Positions 23,751 through 35,307 are shown, counted from the first letter of the stretch. The stretch is DNA of 64,000 nt from an uncultured Chloracidobacterium sp. (GCA_964625555.1 CAZVDM010000001.1:13573-77572); one strand, 5' to 3'. The notes: generated from the letters alone by a model not told the origin. A program made the numbers and translations.

Positions 23751-24266
23751 GTGATGATCATAGATTTGGAAAGCGTCGTAGCTCGGCCGAAGGCGATCGA
23801 ACTGACGTTCACGCCGGATGATATTGATCTTGAGATCGACGGTTCAAAACTGGCCGGCGAAGGCTCGTTCCGAGGTGAGACCGAACGGGTCGATGATAAG
23901 GCTCACGTTCGTGGAAACATCGATGCGGAAGTACTGATCGATTGTACTCGGTGTCTGGTTCCCGTCGCTCGAAAGTTTGAGATCGTATTTGACGACATTT
24001 TCGTCGATCCAGCGAATGAACCGGGGGGTGTCGAGCTCATTCTCGATCCCGAAGCTCTCGACGAATCGATAGCTATTGACGGAAAGATAGACCTATCAGA
24101 GGTTATTCGGGAGCAAGTAATACTCGCCTTGCCCGACCAGGTTTATTGTAATGACGATTGCAGGGGTTTGTGTCCGCAGTGCGGATCGAATCGAAATTTG
24201 ATAGATTGTAGATGTATTGAAGACGAGATCGACCCCAGGTGGTCGGCTCTGAAAGGTTTTAAGTAG
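23751..24266 (+). CDS. yceD: YceD/DUF177 family protein
   Basis: 171 aa with C-terminal CxxC...CxxC and DPRW motifs. It occupies the conserved position upstream of rpmF. Confidence 0.8.
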   Translation: MMIIDLESVVARPKAIELTFTPDDIDLEIDGSKLAGEGSFRGETERVDDKAHVRGNIDAEVLIDCTRCLVPVARKFEIVFDDIFVDPANEPGGVELILDPEALDESIAIDGKIDLSEVIREQVILALPDQVYCNDDCRGLCPQCGSNRNLIDCRCIEDEIDPRWSALKGFK

Positions 24267-24348
24267 CCGCGAAAAGGCGCAAGAGATTCAGGAAAATGAC
24301 TTTTGCGATACTTGTGCTTTTTGCGGCCGATTATTTTTGAGGTAACAA

Positions 24349-24534
24349 ATGCCAAATCCAAAACGACGACATTCACATTCACGCACGCGTCAGCGCCGTG
24401 CACATGACGCTCTGGTCACGCCACAGTTTTACATCGACAAAGACTCGGGCGAAACGAAGCAGCCGCACCGAATTGACCCGAAAACGGGAATGTACAAGGG
24501 GCGCAAGATCGTCGACGTCAGAGAATCCGAATAA
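24349..24534 (+). CDS. rpmF: 50S ribosomal protein L32
   Basis: MPNPKRRHSHSRTRQRRAHDAL is the L32 N-terminal signature. Confidence 0.95.
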   Translation: MPNPKRRHSHSRTRQRRAHDALVTPQFYIDKDSGETKQPHRIDPKTGMYKGRKIVDVRESE

Positions 24535-24575
24535 ATTTTTGAAATTGTTCAAATCTTGAGTTCTAATTCGAACCA

Positions 24576-25562
24576 ATGACAGCATACAACGCGGGAATCA
24601 TCGGGATGGGGCACTCTTATCCGGAAGGTATTTTAACGAATGCCGACTTGGAAAAGATGGTCGACACTAACGATGAGTGGATAACGTCGCGCACCGGTAT
24701 CAAACAGCGCCACAGGGCGGCTGACAACGAATACACGTCGCAGTTTGGCACACGCGCCGCTCTGCAGGCGCTTGAGCGCGCAAATCTCAAACCCGAAGAT
24801 ATAGATCTGATCGTGTGTGCGACGACTACGCCCGATCAGATAATGCCGTCGACCGGAGCCTTGATACAGGCCCAGATCGGTGCCGTAAATGCTGCCGGAA
24901 TGGACATTTTTGCGGCGTGTTCGGGATTTCTATATGGCCTGACGATGGTCGAATCGATGATCCGGACCGAGCAGATTCGATATGCGTTGGTTATTGGAGC
25001 GGAGATCTTGACGAAATACGTCGATTACACTGACCGCGGAACGTGCGTAATATTCGGCGACGGAGCCGGTGCGGCAGTCCTTGGCCCGGTGCCCGAAGGA
25101 AAAGGGATACTGGCCACAAAGATCAAATCGGACGGCCGTTACGAAGAGCAGTTGTATGCCCCGGGCGGCGGGACGAAACTCGGCACAACTCACAAAACGA
25201 TCGATGATCGCGAGCATTTTTTCAAAATGAAAGGCAATGAGCTTTTCAAGGTTGCGGTGCGTTCGATGGCCGATATATCTGCTGAAATGGTCGAAAAGGC
25301 AGGGTATACCGTTGATGATATTGATATAGTCATCCCGCATCAGGCCAATCAGCGAATCACCGACGCGGTGGCGTCGCGTCTGGGCGTTCCAGATGAGAAG
25401 GTCTATTCGAACATCGCGATGATGGGCAACACTTCGTCGGCTTCGATACCGATCGCCATGGATGAATGTATCCAGTCGGGCAGGATCCATGAGGGAAGCC
25501 TGGTCTTGTTAACGGCGTTTGGTGGCGGTGTCACGTGGGGCGGAACGGTGATCCGATTTTAG
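24576..25562 (+). CDS. fabH: 3-oxoacyl-ACP synthase III
   Basis: 328 aa with the active-site AACSGF, HQAN and GNTSSAS motifs. Confidence 0.9.
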   Translation: MTAYNAGIIGMGHSYPEGILTNADLEKMVDTNDEWITSRTGIKQRHRAADNEYTSQFGTRAALQALERANLKPEDIDLIVCATTTPDQIMPSTGALIQAQIGAVNAAGMDIFAACSGFLYGLTMVESMIRTEQIRYALVIGAEILTKYVDYTDRGTCVIFGDGAGAAVLGPVPEGKGILATKIKSDGRYEEQLYAPGGGTKLGTTHKTIDDREHFFKMKGNELFKVAVRSMADISAEMVEKAGYTVDDIDIVIPHQANQRITDAVASRLGVPDEKVYSNIAMMGNTSSASIPIAMDECIQSGRIHEGSLVLLTAFGGGVTWGGTVIRF

Positions 25563-25574
25563 TTTTTAGTTAGT

Positions 25575-26507
25575 ATGTCGAAGACTGCCTATATATTTCC
25601 CGGCCAGGGCTCACAAGCCGTCGGAATGGGAAAAGAGCTTTTTGATAATTTCGCAGCGGCCCGTGAAGTGTTCGAAGCGGCGGACGATGCACTTGGTTTT
25701 TCGCTCTCGGAGATGTGCTTTTCCGGAGAAGAAGCCGATCTGCAGCTTACCGCTAATACTCAACCTGCGATCTTGACCGCATCGATCGCTGCGTATTATG
25801 CGTCAATGGCTGAGGGCTTGCCCGAACCGGATTTTGTTGCCGGTCATAGCCTGGGCGAATATTCGGCTTTGGTTGCGGCAGGTGTCCTGGATTTTGCGGA
25901 CGCGGTGCAGATAGTTCGAAAACGCGGAGCCTATATGCAGCAGGCGGTTCCGGTAGGCGTCGGAGCAATGGCTGCGATCTTGGGCCTTGATATTGCGACA
26001 GTCGAAGAAGGTTGCGCTGAGGCAGCAAACGGGCAGATCTGCAGTCCCGCAAATATCAATTCGCCTTCGCAGATAGTGATCGCCGGTAATTCGGAAGCTA
26101 TCGATCGGGCGTGCGAGATATTGAAAGAAAAAGGTGCGAAACGGGCGATCAAGCTTAATGTCTCGGCACCTTTTCATTGTGCGTTGATGATGCCGGCCGA
26201 AGAACGACTTGCTGCCGACCTCGGCAGATTTGAATATGGCGATTTTGCGTTTCCCATAGTCCATAATGTGGACGCTGCCGTGAATAGCGATCGGTCGAAA
26301 GTTCGCGAGAACCTCACTGACCAGGTTTCTTCGCCTGTGCGATGGCTGCAGTCCGTCGAGACGATGACGGCAACAGGAGTGGGTAAATTTGTTGAGATCG
26401 GACCGGGAAAGGTCCTAACGGGACTTGTGCGGCAGATAAGCCGTGACGTAACATACGCAAATATCGAGAATTTAGACAGTTTGAAAAATACTTTAGAAAG
26501 TTTATAA
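25575..26507 (+). CDS. fabD: Malonyl CoA-ACP transacylase
   Basis: Contains the FPGQGSQ and [10 protein letters not shown] motifs. Confidence 0.9.
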   Translation: MSKTAYIFPGQGSQAVGMGKELFDNFAAAREVFEAADDALGFSLSEMCFSGEEADLQLTANTQPAILTASIAAYYASMAEGLPEPDFVAGHSLGEYSALVAAGVLDFADAVQIVRKRGAYMQQAVPVGVGAMAAILGLDIATVEEGCAEAANGQICSPANINSPSQIVIAGNSEAIDRACEILKEKGAKRAIKLNVSAPFHCALMMPAEERLAADLGRFEYGDFAFPIVHNVDAAVNSDRSKVRENLTDQVSSPVRWLQSVETMTATGVGKFVEIGPGKVLTGLVRQISRDVTYANIENLDSLKNTLESL

Positions 26508-26521
26508 ACAGAGGAGAAATT

Positions 26522-26761
26522 ATGTCAGAAGTACAGGATAAGATTAAACAGATCAACGTTGACGAATTAGGAGTTGACGAGGCGGAAGTCACTGAAAATG
26601 CACGGTTTATCGAAGATCTCGGTGCAGATTCGCTCGACCTCGTCGAACTCGTGATGCGTTTCGAGGAGGAATTTGATATCGAAATTCCAGACGAAGATGC
26701 AGAAAAGATCCAAGGCGTTCGCGATGCGTACGCTTATGTCGAACAGCATAAGGCAGCCTAG
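26522..26761 (+). CDS. acpP: Acyl carrier protein
   Basis: 79 aa with the phosphopantetheine site [14 protein letters not shown]. Confidence 0.95.
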   Translation: MSEVQDKIKQINVDELGVDEAEVTENARFIEDLGADSLDLVELVMRFEEEFDIEIPDEDAEKIQGVRDAYAYVEQHKAA

Positions 26762-26769
26762 GTTTAACG

Positions 26770-26837
26770 GACAATTGATAATGGATAATGGAAAGTAAAT
26801 TGCCATTATCCGTTTTCCATTGTCCATTTTCCATTGA
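26770..26837. repeat. Hairpin of inverted heptamer arrays between acpP and fabF
   Basis: The left arm is GACAATT GATAATG GATAATG GAAAGTA. The right arm is CCATTAT CCGTTTT CCATTGT CCATTTT CCATTGA and ends 3 nt before the fabF ATG. Confidence 0.75.
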
Positions 26838-26840
26838 ATT

Positions 26841-28082
26841 ATGAAACGTCGTGTAGTAGTTACAGGACTTGGTTTAGTGACGCCGTGCGGAAACGACGTG
26901 CCCACCACCTGGAGCGCGTTGATGAATGGCGTCAGCGGCGCCGACTATATCAAGAAATTTGATGCCGAGAAATATTCGGCCAAGTTTGCGTGTGAAGTAA
27001 AGGATTTCGATCCGCTGAATTTTCTCGATAAGAAAGAAGCTCGCAGGATGGGAGCCTTCACGCATTTCGCTCTGGCCGCTTCTGATGAGGCAATGAAGCA
27101 CAGTGGACTCGTCATTGACGAGTCTAACGCTGAGATGGTTGGAACGTATATCAGTTCCGGCATCGGCGATTTCTGGGCGATCGAGCGCGAGCACGAGAAA
27201 CTGCTCAATTCCGGGCCTGACCGCGTTTCGCCGTTCTTTATCGTTTCGGCGATCGTCAATTTGGCATCAGGCAATGTGTCGATACGGCACGGTGCTAAAG
27301 GGCCGAATTCGGCGACAGCAACGGCCTGTTCTGCAGGTGCTCATGCAATAGGCGACAGCTTTCGTATTATTGAACGCGGTGATGCAGACGCAATGATCTG
27401 CGGCGGAGCCGAAAGTGCGATCACGCCAATGTCCGTTGCCGGATTTGCATCGATGCGGGCGTTGTCTACTAGGAATGACGATCCGAAGCACGCATCGCGT
27501 CCTTTCGATCTCACGCGGGACGGTTTTGTGATAGGTGAAGGCGCCGGACTTCTGATCCTGGAAGAGTTGGAATTTGCGAAAGCTCGCGGTGCCAACATTC
27601 TAGCGGAGGTTGTCGGTTACGGAATGAGCGGAGATGCTTTTCACGTGACAATGCCTGACGAGACAGGGTCCGGCGCTATTCGTGTGATGGAACGTGCGCT
27701 AAAGGATGCCGGGATTCGCCCCGACGAGATCGGATATATAAATGCTCACGGAACCTCAACGCCGTACAACGACAAGTTCGAAACGCTGGCCATTAAGAAA
27801 GTCTTTGGAGAAAACGCTTACAACATTCCGGTAAGCTCGACAAAATCTATGACGGGTCACGCCCTCGGTGCGGCCGGCGGGCTTGAAGCGGTGTTTTCTG
27901 TGAAGGTGCTTAATGAAAACAAACTACCGCCGACGATCAATTACGAATTCCCTGATCCCGACTGCGACCTCGATTACGTTCCGAACGCTGCCCGAGAAGC
28001 AACGGTGGACTATGTCCTGTCGAACAACTTCGGCTTCGGCGGAACAAACGCGTGTTTGATATTTAAGCGATATTCCGAATAA
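26841..28082 (+). CDS. fabF: 3-oxoacyl-ACP synthase II
   Basis: 413 aa with active-site Cys ACSAGAH, HGTSTP and GHALGAAG motifs. Confidence 0.9.
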   Translation: MKRRVVVTGLGLVTPCGNDVPTTWSALMNGVSGADYIKKFDAEKYSAKFACEVKDFDPLNFLDKKEARRMGAFTHFALAASDEAMKHSGLVIDESNAEMVGTYISSGIGDFWAIEREHEKLLNSGPDRVSPFFIVSAIVNLASGNVSIRHGAKGPNSATATACSAGAHAIGDSFRIIERGDADAMICGGAESAITPMSVAGFASMRALSTRNDDPKHASRPFDLTRDGFVIGEGAGLLILEELEFAKARGANILAEVVGYGMSGDAFHVTMPDETGSGAIRVMERALKDAGIRPDEIGYINAHGTSTPYNDKFETLAIKKVFGENAYNIPVSSTKSMTGHALGAAGGLEAVFSVKVLNENKLPPTINYEFPDPDCDLDYVPNAAREATVDYVLSNNFGFGGTNACLIFKRYSE

Positions 28083-28093
28083 GAGTACTGATT

Positions 28094-28870
28094 ATGAAGA
28101 TCATTGTGTTGATGAAGCAGGTCGCTAACAAGGATGCCGTTCTACGAATCGCGGGCGACGGGAAATGGATCAATGACGCAGATATTTCGCAACAGACGAA
28201 TGAATCTGATGGCTATGCGCTCGAAGAAGCTTTGCGGACTATAGAGTCGAAAGGTGAGGGCGAAGTCGTCGTATGCACTCTCGGACCGCAATCCGCGAAG
28301 ACGGTCATCAAAGACGCGCTCGCGCGTGGGGCAGATCGTGCTATACATGTGGTTGTCGAGGACAGCAAGACCCTTTCAGCTTATCAGATCGCTTCGGCAA
28401 TCGCGGATGCGATTCGCGATGAGAACGCTGACCTGGTTTTCAGCGGGCTCCAATCGGATGATGCGAGTTATGGTCAGACGGGAGTGATACTCGCCGAATT
28501 ACTCGGTATTCCACATGCCACGATCGTGATCGAGGTCGACCGAGCAAGCCTCGGCGAGACACTTCGCGTCAAGCGTGAACTTGAGAGCGGCTGGTATCAG
28601 TGGTTTACATACAAACTGCCTTCGCTGATGACCATTCAATCCGGCATTTCACAGATACGTTATGCTTCGCTGAAGGGAATCATGGCCGCAAAGAAGAAAG
28701 AGATCCGTGACGTCACGCCATCGGCCAGCACTTTTAGCTCGGCTGCTACCATCCAAAAAGTGTATATGCCGCTCAAGACCAAACAGACTCAGATACTTGG
28801 TAACGGCGATGCAAAGGCCGGAGCGGTAGAACTCGTTAAAAGACTGAAAGACGAAGCTCGCGTTATTTAG
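28094..28870 (+). CDS. etfB: Electron transfer flavoprotein beta subunit
   Basis: The N-terminus MKIIVLMKQV and the overall ETF-beta pattern. It forms a pair with etfA downstream. Confidence 0.85.
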   Translation: MKIIVLMKQVANKDAVLRIAGDGKWINDADISQQTNESDGYALEEALRTIESKGEGEVVVCTLGPQSAKTVIKDALARGADRAIHVVVEDSKTLSAYQIASAIADAIRDENADLVFSGLQSDDASYGQTGVILAELLGIPHATIVIEVDRASLGETLRVKRELESGWYQWFTYKLPSLMTIQSGISQIRYASLKGIMAAKKKEIRDVTPSASTFSSAATIQKVYMPLKTKQTQILGNGDAKAGAVELVKRLKDEARVI

Positions 28871-29101
28871 ATCTGGCACGATATGAATTTGGACGATGCG
28901 GCTCTTGATCGAAAAGTGGCCGCTTTTTGCGCTAAGTTTGGCGAGGTAGTTCGTTTGGTCAAGATAGTCGGGTTTTATTCATCATTTGACCGTTTCTTCC
29001 AGATTTTCGACCGAAATTCCTTGTAGAAATAGCCGAGTTCGGTTATACCTATTGTCGTAGCAATTACAAATCAAAAATAAACGACTTTTGGAGGGGAAAG
29101 T

Positions 29102-30508
29102 ATGTTGGTCAAATGTATCCAAAATACGGCAGCTCTACTGTCCGTGCTTCTCATGATCCTTTTAATCGCTCCTATGTTTTCTGCGTTAGCACAAGGCGAA
29201 TGTAACGTCCAAGGGGCTCCTCTTGTGACGACCGGAGATATTTCTGTCGGCGACGCTGATCAAACGTTGCGGCTATTCCGCGACGGTCGCGGGACGACAT
29301 GTTTGTTCAACCGTGCCCAAACCACATCGGCGGGCACGTATGACCACGATCAATATACCTTTACAAACGCGACCGGCGGCCCGATCTGCGTGCAGGTCGA
29401 TCTCGATGCGACCGGATGTGGCGTCGCTACAAACCAGATCAGTATGGCCGCGTATCTTGGTTCATATAATCCGGCGAGCATTCTGACAAATGTTATCGCG
29501 GACCCGGGACTCAGTACCGGGCAGAATTTTGCGACATCAATGTCGTTCTCGGTAGCAAACGGCGCCACGTACGTTATTGTTGTACACAGCATTAATGCCG
29601 CAACGACCTGTCCGAGTTACACGTTCAAACGAACGATCACCAACAATTGCCGAAACGCCGGTTACGATGCGGCCAATGACGGAAGCGCCGATCTGGCGTT
29701 ATTCCGTCCGAGCGGTGGATTGTCGACTTGGCATACGCAGCCGTTAACCGGCGGCATCGTCAATACACAGCTTGGTTCGACGGGCGATATTCCGGTCCCG
29801 GGAGACTATACAGGTGACGAAACAAGCGACGTCGCGGTTTACCGTCCGAGCAATGGAACATGGTATACATCGACGAGTCCAGCAAATAATTACAATGCTA
29901 AATTGTGGGGAATCGCCACGGATCTTCCGGTTCAGGGCGACTATGACCGCGATGGCATTACAGACCACGCAGTTTTTCGTCCTTCCGATAATAACTGGTA
30001 TGTTCTGCGTAGTTCTGATAGCTCCTATAATGTGATATCGCTGGGAACCGCGGGAGATAAACCTGTTCCGGCTGATTACGATGGCGATGGAAAGACTGAC
30101 GTCGCGGTATTTACGCCTGCTACAGGGCTCTGGACCGTTCGCGGAAGTGCGGGAAATTACGGCTCCCTTACCATTCAGGCTCTTTGGGGGATCTCAACCG
30201 ACAGTCCTGTGCCGGCTGATTACGATGGTGACGGCAAAGCCGATTTAGCCGTATTCAGAGGGTCCGATGGATTCTGGTACATTCGGCAAAGCAGCTTGGC
30301 CGGAACGCCGCTGCGAACTTTCCAACATGGACTCGCGGGCGATATCCCTCAGCCTGCTGACTATGACGGAGACCGGAAGGACGACTTTGCGGTATTCCGT
30401 CCGTCAAATAATACTTGGTATATCAACCGAAGTACGGCCGGAATTTTCCAGACTGTTTTTGGCCAGGCGGGCGATATTCCCTCTTCGGCGGCAAATCGTA
30501 ACCCGTAA
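29102..30508 (+). CDS. Secreted FG-GAP/VCBS-repeat beta-propeller protein
   Basis: Signal peptide, followed by 6-7 repeats of the pattern GDxPVPxDYDGDGKxDxAVFRPSxGxWY. Confidence 0.75.
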   Translation: MLVKCIQNTAALLSVLLMILLIAPMFSALAQGECNVQGAPLVTTGDISVGDADQTLRLFRDGRGTTCLFNRAQTTSAGTYDHDQYTFTNATGGPICVQVDLDATGCGVATNQISMAAYLGSYNPASILTNVIADPGLSTGQNFATSMSFSVANGATYVIVVHSINAATTCPSYTFKRTITNNCRNAGYDAANDGSADLALFRPSGGLSTWHTQPLTGGIVNTQLGSTGDIPVPGDYTGDETSDVAVYRPSNGTWYTSTSPANNYNAKLWGIATDLPVQGDYDRDGITDHAVFRPSDNNWYVLRSSDSSYNVISLGTAGDKPVPADYDGDGKTDVAVFTPATGLWTVRGSAGNYGSLTIQALWGISTDSPVPADYDGDGKADLAVFRGSDGFWYIRQSSLAGTPLRTFQHGLAGDIPQPADYDGDRKDDFAVFRPSNNTWYINRSTAGIFQTVFGQAGDIPSSAANRNP

Positions 30509-30536
30509 CCGCTCTCGTTGGGAAAGCGTTCACATC

Positions 30537-30574
30537 GACCGCAGTCAGGCGTTTGTCAGACTGCGGTCTTTTTG
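30537..30574 (+). terminator. Intrinsic terminator between the FG-GAP gene and etfA
   Basis: GACCGCAGTC-aggcgtttgtca-GACTGCGGTC followed by TTTTTG. Confidence 0.7.
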
Positions 30575-30604
30575 TGATAATTAGAGATTGTCGGCCTAAA
30601 AGTT

Positions 30605-31576
30605 ATGAGCATCTTAGTATTTATCGAACACAAAGACTGCGTTCTCAACAAGACCTCGCTTGAGGCAATCGCGGCTGCGCAGGAGATCGGAAAGAGCCTT
30701 GGGCTTTCAGTTTCTGCTGTTCTACCGTGCGACAAGGATTGCTCGCTTGCTCAAGAAATTGCCGGTTATGACCTCGAAAAGGTCATTGTTGCCAAGAACG
30801 AAAAGCTCGGGACCTACACACCTGACGGTTACGCTGATGCTTGGGAGCATGTCATTAAAACAGTAAACCCGCAATACACAGTGATGTCCCACACTTATCA
30901 GGTGCGCGATTTTGCACCGAAGGTGGCGGCGCGGCTTGGTCGCGAGGTTGTCGGCGATTGCATTCGATACACGGCCGAAGGTGGAAAATTGGTACTTACG
31001 CGTCGTATTTTCCTTGGCAAACTCGACGCTGACGTCTCGATTGGCGGCGATGCTCCATATTTCGTTACGTTCCAATCTGGTTCATTCCGCGGCGATAGTG
31101 CCGCAAAGGGAAGTGCATCGGTCGAAACAATGGATGTCACCGTCGGCGAAATCCGTATGACGCCCGAAGCACCATTCCAAGAAGCAAAAGCTACAGTTGA
31201 TCTTACAAAATCAGAGATAATCGTCGCCGTCGGCCGCGGTATCAAATCGCAGGAAAATATTGCCCTTGCCCAGCAGCTAGCCGATGTTCTCGGTGCCGAT
31301 CTTGCTGCGTCTCGCCCGATCTGCGACAGCGAATGGCTGCCGATCGATCGACAGATCGGTTCGTCGGGCCAGACGGTTTCTCCAAAGGTCTATATCGCGC
31401 TAGGTATCTCCGGTGCGATCCAGCATATTGTTGGTATGAAGAACGCCGGTACGATCGTCGCAGTAAACAAAGACTCGGAAGCTCCGATCTTTGACATCGC
31501 TGACTACGGTATCGTCGGCGACCTTTTCGATGCCGTTCCCGTGATGATCGAGGAAATAAAGAAAGCAAAGGGATAG
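30605..31576 (+). CDS. etfA: Electron transfer flavoprotein alpha subunit
   Basis: 323 aa with the C-terminal FAD-binding region GISGAIQHIVGM...IVAVNKD. Confidence 0.85.
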   Translation: MSILVFIEHKDCVLNKTSLEAIAAAQEIGKSLGLSVSAVLPCDKDCSLAQEIAGYDLEKVIVAKNEKLGTYTPDGYADAWEHVIKTVNPQYTVMSHTYQVRDFAPKVAARLGREVVGDCIRYTAEGGKLVLTRRIFLGKLDADVSIGGDAPYFVTFQSGSFRGDSAAKGSASVETMDVTVGEIRMTPEAPFQEAKATVDLTKSEIIVAVGRGIKSQENIALAQQLADVLGADLAASRPICDSEWLPIDRQIGSSGQTVSPKVYIALGISGAIQHIVGMKNAGTIVAVNKDSEAPIFDIADYGIVGDLFDAVPVMIEEIKKAKG

Positions 31577-31600
31577 GAATCGACCTTGAAAGAAACAAAG

Positions 31601-31633
31601 GACGCTGAAAAGTAATTCTCACTTTTCAGCGTC
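31601..31633. terminator. Bidirectional terminator hairpin
   Basis: GACGCTGAAAAGT-aattctc-ACTTTTCAGCGTC forms a 13-bp perfect stem. It lies between convergent etfA and the aminotransferase gene. Confidence 0.65.
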
Positions 31634-31660
31634 GTTTCTGTATTTCGCGTTTATAAGTCC

Positions 31661-33016
31661 TTAGATCGAAGCGGCGATCGCTTCGTCAAAGATCTCAAGA
31701 GCAACATCGACGTGTTCTTTTGCAAGAATGAGCGGCGGCGACCAGCGGATCGTACTTGTGCCGCAGCCAAGAATTATCAGCCCGCGGTTGAAGCACGCCA
31801 TTTCAATTCGGTCTCGCAGCTCCGGCGCCGGTTTCTTGGACGCTTTGCTGTCAACGAATTCGACGCCAAGCATCATTCCAAAGCCTCGAACGTCGCCGAT
31901 ACAATCATATTTCTCCGCGAGCTTGTTCAAGCCGGCTTCAAGATATGCTCCGACATCGCGGGCGTTATCGACGAGGCCGTTTTCGAGCAGTTCAATTGTT
32001 TTCAATGCAGACGCGATCGCGACCGGATTACCGCCGAATGTCGAGGCATGTGCGCCTTTGTGCCAATCCATGATCTCGGCCTTGGCAGTGCAAACCCCGA
32101 TCGGCATTCCGGAGCCGATGCCTTTGGCCATGCAGACGATGTCGGCTTTAATGCCATCGTGATGGTCGAGGGCGAACATCTTGCCGGTTCGGCCCATACC
32201 CGACTGCACCTCATCGATGATGAGCATTATTCCGTGTTCGTCACAGATCCGGCGGAGTTCTTTTACAAACGGAGTAGGAGCCGGAACATATCCGCCTTCG
32301 CCCTGTACAACTTCGAGTATGATGCCCGCAACCTCTTCGGGCGGCGTTGTTGTCAGAAAGAGTTTCTTTTCGATCCAGTTGATACAGTCGCGAGTGATCG
32401 TCGCCTCGTCAGAAGCTTCATTGGTCACGAAATGCCTATATTTATTGGGATACGGAATGTGAACGACGTCCAATGCCTGCCGCATAAAGCCGAGCCTCTG
32501 GGCTTTTTTTGAACTCGTGAGACTCAACGCTCCCAGTGTTCGTCCGTGGAACGAACCAAAAAACGAGATGAATTTTTGACGCCGCGTGTGGTACATCGCG
32601 AGCTTCAGTGCCGTTTCGATAGCCTCTGCGCCGGAGTTGGCAAAGTGCGATTTGGTCGGCCCTTCGATCGGCACGATCTCATCGAGCTTCTTGCCGAGGG
32701 CTGGCATGTGGCGATAATAGAAATCTGTGCCGCAGAGATGTATGAGTTCGGCAGCCTGATCAGAGATCGCCTTCACGATCTCAGGATGACAATGTCCGGT
32801 CGAGCAAACGGCGACGCCGGCGTTGCAATCAAGAAAAACGTTGCCGTCGGGATCTTCGATCCAAACGCCGTATCCTTTTTCGGCGACAAGTTTATAGTCC
32901 GGCCGCGGATAGCTCGGCGTAACGTATTTCGCGTCTGCTTCGATTATTTCACGTGATCTTGGTCCAGGAAGTTCTGTTTTGATAACGGGACGCTGGAATT
33001 CTGTCGATGGTGTCAT
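31661..33016 (-). CDS. Class-III PLP aminotransferase (GabT/ArgD-like)
   Basis: 451 aa with DEVQSGMGRTG and the PLP-lysine region DIVCMAKGIGSG. Confidence 0.85.
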   Translation of the reverse strand: MTPSTEFQRPVIKTELPGPRSREIIEADAKYVTPSYPRPDYKLVAEKGYGVWIEDPDGNVFLDCNAGVAVCSTGHCHPEIVKAISDQAAELIHLCGTDFYYRHMPALGKKLDEIVPIEGPTKSHFANSGAEAIETALKLAMYHTRRQKFISFFGSFHGRTLGALSLTSSKKAQRLGFMRQALDVVHIPYPNKYRHFVTNEASDEATITRDCINWIEKKLFLTTTPPEEVAGIILEVVQGEGGYVPAPTPFVKELRRICDEHGIMLIIDEVQSGMGRTGKMFALDHHDGIKADIVCMAKGIGSGMPIGVCTAKAEIMDWHKGAHASTFGGNPVAIASALKTIELLENGLVDNARDVGAYLEAGLNKLAEKYDCIGDVRGFGMMLGVEFVDSKASKKPAPELRDRIEMACFNRGLIILGCGTSTIRWSPPLILAKEHVDVALEIFDEAIAASI

Positions 33017-33258
33017 GATATTTCTCCAAAATGGTTAAGCACACGGTCGGTGACCGCTGTCTAGTCTACGGAATGGAAACGGTCAACGACCGTTGGCTCA
33101 ACAGATCGGGAGGGTTAATCACCAGCGAAAAGATTGGCACGCTGCTTCATAGGCCGGAGTTTTGAGACGCATCGTGGTGTCATAACAAAAGATGAGCCTA
33201 ATATAACAGAATGATCGAGGGGTTTCAAAAATCTGTTGTGGCGTGAAACAATAATTTC

Positions 33259-35262
33259 ATGGAAACGACGACACGATTCACGAACCACCTCATTAATGAG
33301 ACCAGCCCATACCTGCTCCAGCACGCTTACAATCCCGTCGAATGGTATCCGTGGGGCGATGAAGCGTTTGCGTTGGCAAAAGCCGAGAATAAGCCTGTGT
33401 TGGTCAGTATCGGCTATTCGGCCTGTCACTGGTGTCATGTGATGGAGCACGAATCGTTCGAGGACGAATCTGTCGCGGCGATAATGAATGAACACTTCGT
33501 CAATATTAAGGTCGATATGGAAGAGCGTCCCGATGTCGATCAGATCTACATGAATTTCGTTCAGCTGACGACCGGTCGCGGCGGTTGGCCGATGAATGTG
33601 TTTCTGACATCGGACAAGCGGCCGTTTTTTGGTGGCACCTATTTTCCGCCCGCTCCGCGATACAACATGCCGTCGTGGCCGCAGATCTTGACGAGTATTG
33701 CAGATGCATTCCGGGATAAACGAGATGAGTTGGAAAAGTCGGCAAACGATATGGTCGCGGAATTAAGGCGGTTGAACATCGTTGATTCGGCCCCCGGCGG
33801 CCTTTCAACAGACCTCCTCGATCACGCATTCACCAGTTTTACAAGAACATCCGATTCGGTGAACGGCGGATTCGGCGGAGCGCCGAAATTCCCGCCGGCG
33901 ATGTCGCTTGAATTCCTGCTCAGATATCACCACCGAACAGGCGACGACAAGGCATTATCGATCGTGACCCACACGCTCGATAAGATGGCCCTGGGCGGAA
34001 TATATGATCAGCTCGGCGGCGGATTTCACCGCTACGCTGTCGACGCGATCTGGCTTGTGCCGCATTTTGAAAAGATGCTTTACGACAATGCACAGTTGAT
34101 ACGTGTCTATCTGCATGCTTTCCAGGTGACCGGTAGCGACCTGTACAAGCGGATCGCCGTCGAAACGCTCGGGTATATTCGGAGGGAAATGTTACATCCC
34201 TCAGGTGGATTCTATTCAACGCAAGACGCTGACAGCGAAGGCGAAGAAGGGAAGTTTTTTGTCTGGACGCCCGAAGAGATCGGGAAAATATTGGACACGG
34301 AGGACGCCCAAGCCTTTTGCGCCTTTTATGACGTGACGAAGGAAGGGAATTTTGAGGGACACAACATTCTAAACATCAAGAACACCGAAATTCCCGCTCC
34401 CGCAGATCATATACGAGCAAACATCTTTGATGAGCGTGAAAAGCGGATAAAGCCTAACCGCGACGAAAAAATACTGACGGCCTGGAACGGACTCATGCTC
34501 GCCGCATTCGCGGATGCGGCGGCCGTTTTGGCAAACGACGAATATCTCGAGATCGCTAAGCGAAATGCGGAGTTTATCGAAGAGGAATTGCAACGCAATG
34601 GAATGCTGCTAAGAACATGGAAAGATGGCCAGGCCAAGCTGAATGGCTACCTCGAAGATTATGCAAATGTTGCCGACGGACTAGTGGTCCTTTATCAGGT
34701 TTCGGGTGAAACCAAATATCTGGCAGAAGCACAGCGTCTGGCGGACCTCATGATCACCGAGTTTTGGGACGCCGACAATGGAGGATTTTTCTTTACATCA
34801 AACGACCACGAGGACTTGATTGTTCGCAATAAGGACTTCTATGACAACGCAACACCCTCCGGGAATTCTGTTGCAGCCGACGTTTTGCTTCGATTGGCTA
34901 AACTGCTGGACGATGAAAAATATGAGAGATTTGCCATCTCGGTTTTGCGGCTGACCGCAACGCAACTGCGTCGACATCCTCAAGGCTTCGGCCGTGCGCT
35001 TTCGGCACTTGAATTTCATCTGGGTGAAACAAAAGAGATCGCCGTGATCGGCGAAAAAGGAAATGAACTTGAACGAGAGATTCTGGGACGCTACTTGCCA
35101 AATACAGTTATTGCGATCTCGGACGATCCCGGGCGTGATTCGGAACTGATCCCGCTTTTGGTAGGCCGAAGCATGGAAAACGGTAAGCCGACAGCATTTG
35201 TTTGTGAGAACTTCGTATGCCAACGACCGGGGACCACAATTGAAGAACTCGATCTAAAGTAG
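33259..35262 (+). CDS. Thioredoxin-domain protein of the DUF255/YyaL family
   Basis: The N-terminus has [18 protein letters not shown]. The C-terminal part is (alpha/alpha)6 N-acylglucosamine-epimerase-like. Confidence 0.85.
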   Translation: METTTRFTNHLINETSPYLLQHAYNPVEWYPWGDEAFALAKAENKPVLVSIGYSACHWCHVMEHESFEDESVAAIMNEHFVNIKVDMEERPDVDQIYMNFVQLTTGRGGWPMNVFLTSDKRPFFGGTYFPPAPRYNMPSWPQILTSIADAFRDKRDELEKSANDMVAELRRLNIVDSAPGGLSTDLLDHAFTSFTRTSDSVNGGFGGAPKFPPAMSLEFLLRYHHRTGDDKALSIVTHTLDKMALGGIYDQLGGGFHRYAVDAIWLVPHFEKMLYDNAQLIRVYLHAFQVTGSDLYKRIAVETLGYIRREMLHPSGGFYSTQDADSEGEEGKFFVWTPEEIGKILDTEDAQAFCAFYDVTKEGNFEGHNILNIKNTEIPAPADHIRANIFDEREKRIKPNRDEKILTAWNGLMLAAFADAAAVLANDEYLEIAKRNAEFIEEELQRNGMLLRTWKDGQAKLNGYLEDYANVADGLVVLYQVSGETKYLAEAQRLADLMITEFWDADNGGFFFTSNDHEDLIVRNKDFYDNATPSGNSVAADVLLRLAKLLDDEKYERFAISVLRLTATQLRRHPQGFGRALSALEFHLGETKEIAVIGEKGNELEREILGRYLPNTVIAISDDPGRDSELIPLLVGRSMENGKPTAFVCENFVCQRPGTTIEELDLK

Positions 35263-35307
35263 GAAATGCGGATGAGTTGATCTCCGATGGGCGTCATAAA
35301 AATAAGT

